The translations under genes and the position numbers were made by a program. This document shows, piece after piece, positions 57,924 to 64,000 of a DNA stretch of 64,000 nt; position 1 is the stretch's first letter, and the number at the start of each line of letters is the position of its first letter. Source of the stretch: Candidatus Woesearchaeota archaeon. GTDB lineage: Archaea > Nanobdellota > Nanobdellia > SCGC-AAA011-G17 > PNOQ01. The stretch spans positions 11,986-75,985 of the forward strand of contig CAZPJW010000001.1 of NCBI GenBank assembly GCA_964587005.1, written 5' to 3'. A model generated the notes under the pieces. The model did not search any database and was not told the DNA's origin. It saw nothing but the letters and a program-made list of their open reading frames with translations.

Positions 57924-59212
57924 GTCAATATTTAGATTTCGTAGATTTAAAATACAAACCAAGAAAAACAGATCTAATTTGCACATTTAGATTTGAACAA
58001 GCCAAGGGTATTTCAAAGAAAGAAGCAATTGGTAGAATAGCAGCAGAATCTTCGAATGGTACTTGGACAACCTTATCCACATTAAGACCCCATATAAGAA
58101 GAATAAGGGCAAGAGCATATAATGTGCAATCAAACTATGTAAAAATAGCATACCCCTTAGAACTATTCGAACTTGGAAACATGCCTCAATTGTTGAGCTC
58201 AATCGCTGGAAATATATTTGGTATGAAAGCAATAACTAATTTAAGACTAGAAGACATCTCATTCCCAAAAAAATATATAAATTCTTTCAGGGGTCCACAA
58301 TATGGAATAAAAGGCATCAGAAAATACATGAAAATAAAAAAGAGGCCAATGACTGCAACCGTTCCAAAGCCAAAAGTGGGCATGACAACAAAAGAACACA
58401 CCAAGGTGGCTTACGACGCATGGTCGGGGGGAATAGACTTTTTGAAAGACGATGAAAACTTAACTTCTCAAAACTTCAACAAATTCGAGAAAAGAGTAAA
58501 AACATGTTCAAGAGCAAGAGACAAAGCAGAAAAAGAAACAGGTGAAAAGAAAGACTATTTCATAAATGTTTCCGCAGAAACAAAAGAAATGCTAAAAAGA
58601 ACAGAACTAGCAAAAATTCATGGATTCAAGTATGTGATGTGTGATATTCTAACAGTTGGCTGGTCTGGACTCCAAACATTAAGAGACGAAACCAAAAAAT
58701 TAAAAATGGCAATTCATGCCCACAGAGCATTCCATGCGGCATTTGATAGAAACCCAAAACACGGAATGTCAATGTTAGCAATAGCAAAATTATCAAGATT
58801 AATTGGCGTAGACAATATCCACATAGGAACCGTTATTGGAAAGTTAGTTGGAACAAAAGACGAAGTTTTACAAATCGAAGATGAGATAACACAACAGGTA
58901 GAAAAACCACTAAAATCAGAAAAGAGCATACTCAACCAGTCTTGGTATGGACTAAAAGATACAATTCCAGTTTCATCAGGAGGTCTACATCCTGGATTAA
59001 TTCCCCAAATAACAAAAATGTTGGGAAATGATATCGTACTCCAATTAGGTGGAGGAATTCATGGGCATCCAAATGGGACTTACGAAGGGTCAAAAGCAAC
59101 TAGACAAGCAATAACTGCTACAATAAATAAAATTTCTTTAAAAAATTACTCACAAAAAAACAAAGAATTAAAATTTGCCCTAAACAAATGGGGATACACA
59201 AAACCAATATAA
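57920..59212 (+). CDS. rbcL: Ribulose-1,5-bisphosphate carboxylase/oxygenase large subunit, archaeal form III-like
   Basis: AAESSNGTWTT. TVPKPKVG (KPK). GGIDFLKDDENLTSQNF carries the carbamylated Lys and the Mg-ligand Asp/Glu. IHAHRAFHAA. GGGIHGHPNG. Length 430 aa. Confidence 0.85.
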   Translation: MSQYLDFVDLKYKPRKTDLICTFRFEQAKGISKKEAIGRIAAESSNGTWTTLSTLRPHIRRIRARAYNVQSNYVKIAYPLELFELGNMPQLLSSIAGNIFGMKAITNLRLEDISFPKKYINSFRGPQYGIKGIRKYMKIKKRPMTATVPKPKVGMTTKEHTKVAYDAWSGGIDFLKDDENLTSQNFNKFEKRVKTCSRARDKAEKETGEKKDYFINVSAETKEMLKRTELAKIHGFKYVMCDILTVGWSGLQTLRDETKKLKMAIHAHRAFHAAFDRNPKHGMSMLAIAKLSRLIGVDNIHIGTVIGKLVGTKDEVLQIEDEITQQVEKPLKSEKSILNQSWYGLKDTIPVSSGGLHPGLIPQITKMLGNDIVLQLGGGIHGHPNGTYEGSKATRQAITATINKISLKNYSQKNKELKFALNKWGYTKPI

Positions 59213-59249
59213 CAAAAAGGTTTATAAATTTACCAACCAAACTCTAATC

Positions 59250-60272
59250 ATGAAACTACTAAAATTTGCAGATTATGGAAGATTCTTATTCTTCGCAGCA
59301 CTAATAGTATTTCTGTATGGGACATACAAAATAATCGCCCCATTCATTGCAGCAATAATGGCAGCAATTGTATTATCCATAGTATGTTATCCAGTATATA
59401 CAAAAATAAACAACAAACTAAAGAAAAAAAACATTTCCGCAATAATAGTAGTTGTATTGCTTCTCTTATTAATAACCATCCCCGGAATATTCTTTGCAAA
59501 TACTCTTTTACATGAAGCAATAAATATCTACAACTCGGTAGGAAGTCTGGATCTCCCGGTTTACTCAGAAAAACTAAAAGAAATAACTGGGCTAAACATA
59601 GAATTCGATAGATACCTCTCTGAAACAATAAAAGATTTCTCCAATATCTTTATCCAGTCTAGTACAAATATGATAAGATTTCTCGCAACGGGCTTCATTC
59701 ACATATTCATAGCGTTCTTCACAATGTTCTTCTTGCTAAGGGATGGAAAAAAACTATCAGAATCACTAAAAAAAGGAATCCCTCTTTCTGCCTACCAAAA
59801 AATAAGATTCTTCAAGGGAACAGTAGATAGAATAAATGGTATCTTTCTCGGCTTCTTAGGAATAGGTATAGCAGAATTTCTTGCAGCGTTGATAGGGTTT
59901 ACAATCTTTAAGGTGCCAAATCCCCTATTGTGGGCACTGATGATAGCAATTTTTGCATATATCCCATTACTCGGGCCCGCAGCAATATGGCTCCCCTCAG
60001 CAATATATCTTTTCATACAAGGAGAAACAACCAGTGCAATATTACTAGCTGTATACTTCGGAGCAATACTTAGTTTTTACATGGACAATATACTAAGGGC
60101 CCAATTAATAGGAAAGACTGCCAAAATCCATCCAGCCGTATCAATAATAGGTATTTTTGGAGGACTAAAATTATTCGGAATAGTTGGGCTTGTTGTAGGT
60201 CCATTAATACTTTCTTTATTTGTACTTTTGTATACTCTCTACCTCGAAGAAAATGATAACACTAAAAGCTAA
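59250..60272 (+). CDS. AI-2E family transporter (UPF0118/PerM-like permease)
   Basis: 340 aa, 7-8 TM helices. Family-typical layout with a long central helix pair and the C-terminal LFGIVGLVVGPLIL. Confidence 0.6.
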   Translation: MKLLKFADYGRFLFFAALIVFLYGTYKIIAPFIAAIMAAIVLSIVCYPVYTKINNKLKKKNISAIIVVVLLLLLITIPGIFFANTLLHEAINIYNSVGSLDLPVYSEKLKEITGLNIEFDRYLSETIKDFSNIFIQSSTNMIRFLATGFIHIFIAFFTMFFLLRDGKKLSESLKKGIPLSAYQKIRFFKGTVDRINGIFLGFLGIGIAEFLAALIGFTIFKVPNPLLWALMIAIFAYIPLLGPAAIWLPSAIYLFIQGETTSAILLAVYFGAILSFYMDNILRAQLIGKTAKIHPAVSIIGIFGGLKLFGIVGLVVGPLILSLFVLLYTLYLEENDNTKS

Positions 60273-61725
60273 AGATGTAAAGTTGTCTACGGGTGGCCCC
60301 TTAATTGCAATACTCAACCAAAAGGACGCACAAAGGCTAAATCTACAAGCACTAGATAGGATAAAAATAACTCGTGGTAAAAAAGAAGTAGTCGCAGCAG
60401 TAGACATATCAGAATCAACAGGAATAAAAAAGGGCCAAATAGGTTTATTCAAAGAACTTATAGAAGAACTTGAATTAAAGAAACCCATTCTATTAAAGAT
60501 TTCAACATCTCAAGTACCAGAATCAATTGAAATAATAAAAAAGAAATTAGACAAAAAAGAATTATCAAAGAAAGAAATTTTTATGGTAATTGATAATCTC
60601 ACAAAAAATGAACTAACAGAAATAGAAATAACTTATTTTGTATCATCCTGTTACCTAAATGGGTTAACCGATGATGAAACTAGATATTTAACTCAAGCAA
60701 TAGTAAAATATGGAGATAAATTAGACCTCAATAAAAAAATAATCGCAGATAAACATTGTATTGGGGGAATTCCTAATAACAGAACAACGATGCTTGTCGT
60801 ACCAATTGTAGCGGCCGCAGGAATCACTATGGTAAAAACAAGCTCTAGGTCAATAACTTCCCCTGCAGGAACAGCAGACACAATGGAGTCGCTAGCAAAA
60901 GTAGAATTCACAACCCCGGAAATAAAAAAAATAATAAAAAAAATAAACAGCTGCATAGTATGGGGCGGAGCAATAGATTTAGCAAATGCTGATGAGAAAC
61001 TAATCAAAGTTCGACACCCATTAAGAATAGATCCAAAAGGTTTAATGTTGGCCTCAATTTTGGCAAAAAAAGCTGCCGTAAATTCAACGCACTTATTAAT
61101 TGACATACCGATAGGAAAAACAGCAAAAATCCAAACAAAAAAGCAAGCAAAGTCATTAAAAAAACACTTTGAAAAACTGGGAAAACAACTAAAGATAAAA
61201 ACAAAGGTCATAATCACAAATGGATCCCAACCTATAGGAAATGGAATTGGTCCAAATCTAGAAGCAAGAGATGTTTTATACATATTAAGAAAAGATTCCC
61301 AAGCACCAAAAGACCTAGAAAATAAATCTATTACTATGGCAGATGAAATATTTAAAATCACAAAAACAAAAGCATCCGCTAAAGATATTTTAAATTCTGG
61401 AAAAGCATATCAAAAATTCATAGAAATAATAGGTGCGCAAAGAGGAAACTCAAAAATTAAGCCAACCGACCTAAAATTGGGAAAACTTCAATCCACTATT
61501 AAATCACCTAGGGCAGGAAAAGTAGTAGAAATAGATAACAGAAAAATATCTAAGATAGCAAGACTTGCTGGATCACCTTATGATAAAGAAGCAGGAGTAT
61601 ATTTAAATATAAAATTAAAAGATAAAATTAAAAAAAATCAACCACTAATGACAATCTACTCAAATTCTAAAGCAAAATTAAATTCTGCAAAATCTGAAGT
61701 TAAAGGCGCAATAAAAATAAAATAA
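60253..61725 (+). CDS. deoA: AMP phosphorylase (thymidine-phosphorylase family with N-terminal extension)
   Basis: N-terminal MITLKAKDVKLSTGGPLIAILNQKDAQ. Pyrimidine-nucleoside-phosphorylase core HCIGGIPNNRTTMLVVPIVAAAG...SSRSITSPAGTADTME. Start moved to the internal Met at 60253 to remove overlap with the permease. Confidence 0.75.
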   Translation: MITLKAKDVKLSTGGPLIAILNQKDAQRLNLQALDRIKITRGKKEVVAAVDISESTGIKKGQIGLFKELIEELELKKPILLKISTSQVPESIEIIKKKLDKKELSKKEIFMVIDNLTKNELTEIEITYFVSSCYLNGLTDDETRYLTQAIVKYGDKLDLNKKIIADKHCIGGIPNNRTTMLVVPIVAAAGITMVKTSSRSITSPAGTADTMESLAKVEFTTPEIKKIIKKINSCIVWGGAIDLANADEKLIKVRHPLRIDPKGLMLASILAKKAAVNSTHLLIDIPIGKTAKIQTKKQAKSLKKHFEKLGKQLKIKTKVIITNGSQPIGNGIGPNLEARDVLYILRKDSQAPKDLENKSITMADEIFKITKTKASAKDILNSGKAYQKFIEIIGAQRGNSKIKPTDLKLGKLQSTIKSPRAGKVVEIDNRKISKIARLAGSPYDKEAGVYLNIKLKDKIKKNQPLMTIYSNSKAKLNSAKSEVKGAIKIK

Positions 61726-61726
61726 A

Positions 61727-61854
61727 CGCCGGGACTGGGATTTGAACCCAGATGCCCTTTCGGGCCTGGCTAACCTGTGTATTATTTCAAGGCTTACACT
61801 TCAGAGAGACTAACTCAGCTGAATCAGTGCAATACCAGATTATGCGATCCCGGC
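61727..61854 (-). tRNA. Intron-containing tRNA (128 nt), paralog of 11653..11778; candidate tRNA-Ser(UGA); no encoded CCA
   Basis: First 27 nt (acceptor GCCGGGA, D arm) and last 31 nt (GGGCAU + T arm CUGGG-UUCAAAU-CCCAG + UCCCGGC + G73) are identical to the first tRNA. Variable-arm hairpin GCCC-GAAA-GGGC differs compensatorily from GCC-UUCG-GGC. Candidate anticodon loop CUUGAAA sits at the same offset (37-43 nt after position 26) as CUCGAAU in the paralog. Confidence 0.6.
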
Positions 61855-62422
61855 ATAAGTTTTGTAATACAACGCTACTTTCATCTATATTTAAATTTAA
61901 CTGATAAGAGAAATATTTATTTTTTTGTATAACATTTTTAACTTCCTTGTTAAATCCCCAAATCTCTTCAATCATATGACTCAATCCCAATAATAACTCC
62001 TTACTAGCCATATGGAAATGGAGATTTCCTCGCTTATTTAATCCTCCATCTGTTAAAAACAAACCAAGAAAAAAAGATTTCTTAATGTCCTTATTTGCTT
62101 TAAGTATCAACTCCGGAACCTTTACTATTGCAGCTTTTTTGCCGAATGGAATTCCAATATTATAAACAAGATAATCAAAGATAGGTTTGGAGTAAATACG
62201 AAATTCATAAAGTATTTTTTTATTTGGCCTATGTCTTGAGTTTATCTTACCCTTTGACCCAAATAACTCAGAGTTAAGGTTTGAGAATAAATCTACATAT
62301 TCCCTCCGGGTATTCCAAAAAGCAATTGAATAAGTAGGATATCCAAAACCATTTTTTCTGTTTGATATAGAACCATCTCCAACAAGCATACCTAAAAATA
62401 AAGCCAGTTTATTCAAATCCAT
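61787..62422 (-). CDS. Double-motif LAGLIDADG homing endonuclease family protein; C-terminal 22 codons read through the tRNA
   Basis: Motifs LALFLGMLVGDGSI and FFLGLFLTDGGL. ATG at 62422 is 21 nt downstream of TTTATAAAC. The ORF terminates at a UGA formed by tRNA nt 66-68, in a different frame from the first cassette. Confidence 0.65.
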   Translation of the reverse strand: MDLNKLALFLGMLVGDGSISNRKNGFGYPTYSIAFWNTRREYVDLFSNLNSELFGSKGKINSRHRPNKKILYEFRIYSKPIFDYLVYNIGIPFGKKAAIVKVPELILKANKDIKKSFFLGLFLTDGGLNKRGNLHFHMASKELLLGLSHMIEEIWGFNKEVKNVIQKNKYFSYQLNLNIDESSVVLQNLCRDRIIWYCTDSAELVSLKCKP

Positions 62423-62443
62423 ATAAGAAAAAAACTAGAAATA

Positions 62444-62484
62444 GTTTATAAATTATTTCTCTGTACGTGACAAGATGACAACTT
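62444..62484 (-). promoter_or_regulatory. TATA box (62444-62452) plus conserved upstream 22-bp motif (62463-62484), copy 2
   Basis: Minus strand reads AAGTTGTCATCTTGTCACGTAC, then 10 nt, then TTTATAAAC, then 21 nt, then ATG. Same spacing as at 12466-12506. Contains a direct hexamer repeat TTGTCA-TC-TTGTCA (TTGCCA-GC-TTGCCA in copy 1). Confidence 0.45.
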
Positions 62485-63136
62485 ACAAAACGCCCATAAT
62501 GTGATATGTCAAAGCAGTTCCAATTTTTATAGGATTATCTCCACTTTCAAATTCGGCAACAACACAATAATCATTCCCCTTATAAATTTGATTTGCACTT
62601 CCTTCTTTAAACCAAATAACAAACCTATTCTCATTAGCATTATTACATGTAAGAACAGGTAACTTTAATTCTCTAGTCCGTTCATTATCCTCAATAGAAG
62701 CCAATAAAGTAGGTATATTAAACGGAGCAGGTTCCAACATCTTCTGTCCAACAACCCTTTCAACAGTTAAAAGAGCAACAATCATTTTATTTTCATTTTC
62801 CAAGTCCAAATAAACATCCCTTGTAATATAAATGCTCTTAGCATTCTGAATATCATATCTAACCTTCTCAATAGGAATATCTTCCAACTCTTCAGGACCA
62901 TATTCAAAAGGAATTAAATATTTCTGCCAAAAATACCCAAATAATTTTTCATATTGCAAAATATGTACTTCATTCCCAGTGTGTTTGTCTAAAATAAAAT
63001 CAAAATCTGCAGTGACTCCTCCATAAATATATTCTGAATTTGTTCTGGAGTATATAGTATAGGTAACAGCAAAAGCAACAATAAATACAAGAACTATAAG
63101 GACTGCTGCTATAGATTTTTCTTGTTTTTTATCCAT
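62483..63136 (-). CDS. Small N-terminally anchored secreted protein (paralog pair, member 1)
   Basis: 217 aa. K/E-rich N-terminus then TM (IAAVLIVLVFIVAFAVTYTIY). C-terminus ...ALTYHIMGVL resembles the neighbour's ...GLFYKILGVI. Confidence 0.45.
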   Translation of the reverse strand: MDKKQEKSIAAVLIVLVFIVAFAVTYTIYSRTNSEYIYGGVTADFDFILDKHTGNEVHILQYEKLFGYFWQKYLIPFEYGPEELEDIPIEKVRYDIQNAKSIYITRDVYLDLENENKMIVALLTVERVVGQKMLEPAPFNIPTLLASIEDNERTRELKLPVLTCNNANENRFVIWFKEGSANQIYKGNDYCVVAEFESGDNPIKIGTALTYHIMGVL

Positions 63137-63631
63137 TTAAATCACACCAAGTATTTTATAAAATAATCCATCCATTAATTTTATTTCATTATTTCCTTCT
63201 AAATAGACACAATTCTCTTCTTTATAAATTTTATTATACCCTTCTCCAGAAAACACAAAATTAATAGATTCAGAAGAACAATCCAAATCCCCCTCATCAA
63301 GCCTAGTCACCAAAACTCCCAATAAAGCAAACCTATTGCTAAACTCATAGTAATACAAATCGCTCATATCCCCCACTAAATAAACAACTCCACCAATCTC
63401 TCCACCCACATTAACATCAAAATCAATCTCACTAGGTAAATAATTAAATAAAAAATCCTGGTTTAATTCCTTTATATAAACGGACCAACCATTGCCGGTA
63501 TTCTTAAACTTATAATCATTAATTGTCTTAGTTTCACCAGAACCACCATACATAAAACCCACTGTACTAGAAATCATTAAAAAAGCCACAAAAATGCCCA
63601 TATAAACTTTTTTCTTATCTTCCTTTTTCAT
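63137..63631 (-). CDS. Small N-terminally anchored secreted protein (paralog pair, member 2)
   Basis: 164 aa. MKKEDKKK N-terminus then TM (VYMGIFVAFLMISSTVGFMY). Shared C-terminal motif with 62483..63136. Confidence 0.45.
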   Translation of the reverse strand: MKKEDKKKVYMGIFVAFLMISSTVGFMYGGSGETKTINDYKFKNTGNGWSVYIKELNQDFLFNYLPSEIDFDVNVGGEIGGVVYLVGDMSDLYYYEFSNRFALLGVLVTRLDEGDLDCSSESINFVFSGEGYNKIYKEENCVYLEGNNEIKLMDGLFYKILGVI

Positions 63632-63708
63632 AATAGAATAATGAATAAATCTCTATTTAAAAATCTTTTCAAAAATCAAACAAAAAAAGAAAGAAAAAGT
63701 GTAGAGTT

Positions 63709-64000
63709 TTACTCTACAATTACTTCTGTACCAGTTAGGCCACCTGCGGCTAATTTCTCTGCTGCTTTCTTGGTATCTTCTATTTCCCATCCAGCAACAA
63801 TCAGAGCAGTTTTACCTGCATCTTCAATTAACTTTAGCAATCCTTTGTTCTCTGTTATCGTTGAAGCAGCTTCACATGCAGGGTATGTTAGTCCCATGTA
63901 ATCAGCTGTTAAGCTATTTACACATGGCCCACCTACAAGGATTAAGTTATCGTATCCTGCAGCACCACTTTCAGTAGTCAACATTGCTTCTACAGTAGAT
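63709..64000 (-). CDS. Cell-surface (possibly S-layer-related) protein, C-terminal fragment (gene continues past window end)
   Basis: Open minus-strand frame from the window end to a stop at 63709. C-terminal sequence ...NLILVGGPCVNSLTADYMGLTYP...LAAGGLTGTEVIVE. The VGGP-x-VN pattern is reminiscent of archaeal surface-layer proteins, recalled only loosely. Confidence 0.3.
   Translation of the reverse strand, partial: STVEAMLTTESGAAGYDNLILVGGPCVNSLTADYMGLTYPACEAASTITENKGLLKLIEDAGKTALIVAGWEIEDTKKAAEKLAAGGLTGTEVIVE

Noticed and set aside
61727-61854. Assignment of the tRNAs to tRNA-Leu, based on partial resemblance of CUGAUUCAG to bacterial tRNA-Leu anticodon arms.
   Set aside because: The discriminator base is G, whereas archaeal tRNA-Leu uses A73 and tRNA-Ser uses G73. 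The paired candidate loops CUCGAAU and CUUGAAA sit at identical offsets in the two paralogs and give two serine anticodons. Still unconfirmed without computational folding.
63641-63901. 86-aa plus-strand ORF overlapping the partial surface-protein gene.
   Set aside because: Antisense to the longer minus-strand frame that runs to the window edge and has a protein-like composition. The translation is Ala/Ser/Val-rich and looks spurious.
1-64000. CRISPR arrays, rRNA genes, integrases, transposases, prophage blocks.
   Set aside because: Visual scanning found no regularly spaced direct repeats, no rRNA-like conserved stretches, and no ORFs with integrase, transposase or capsid signatures. The only mobile-element-like genes are the two LAGLIDADG ORFs.

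Overview
This is an AT-rich (about 30% G+C by eye), gene-dense archaeal window, most consistent with a DPANN-type genome. Archaeal markers are aTrm56, AglB/STT3, archaeal SecF+SecD, form-III-like RuBisCO with AMP phosphorylase, TATA-type promoters, oligo-T terminators, and tRNAs lacking an encoded CCA.

Layout:
- 1-4.7 kb (-): Cys-rich and PKD secreted or anchored surface proteins.
- 5.3-8.3 kb: aTrm56 (-) diverging from SecF and SecD (+).
- 8.4-11.6 kb: membrane proteins and a DUF2341/LamG/CARDB surface protein.
- 11.65-12.51 kb (-): an intron-bearing class-II-like tRNA. Its first 15 nt are overlapped by the stop of a double-motif LAGLIDADG endonuclease gene, which has its own TATA box and an upstream 21-22 bp motif.
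- 12.55-54.7 kb: a very large glycosylation and sugar-biosynthesis island. It holds AglB, more than ten GT2/GT4/GT-C glycosyltransferases, two flippase-like LPG-synthase-TM proteins, a Wzx flippase, a tandem Lrp regulator, and a nonulosonic-acid pathway (NeuB-like synthase, NeuA-like CMP-transferase, DegT and class-III aminotransferases, SDR, an AsnB/PseA-like amidotransferase). It also holds a Gfo-nucleotidyltransferase-NUDIX tri-domain fusion, five class-I SAM methyltransferases, a FemAB-like transferase, a metallophosphoesterase, a CBS-GT2 fusion, and a GDP-perosamine module (Gmd, Gmm-like NUDIX, Per).
- 54.9-56.4 kb: a surface protein saturated with N-X-S/T sequons.
- 56.5-61.7 kb: an AMP-salvage module (e2b2-like R15P isomerase, HAD phosphatase, RuBisCO, AI-2E permease, AMP phosphorylase).
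- 61.73-62.49 kb (-): a second tRNA + LAGLIDADG cassette, paralogous to the first. It has identical tRNA acceptor, D and T arms and the same upstream motif.
- 62.5-64 kb: tandem small secreted paralogs and a partial surface-protein gene.

No CRISPR array, rRNA, integrase or transposase was seen. The most unusual element is the duplicated promoter-motif / LAGLIDADG gene / intron-containing tRNA cassette. The two tRNAs look like tRNA-Ser(CGA) and tRNA-Ser(UGA).
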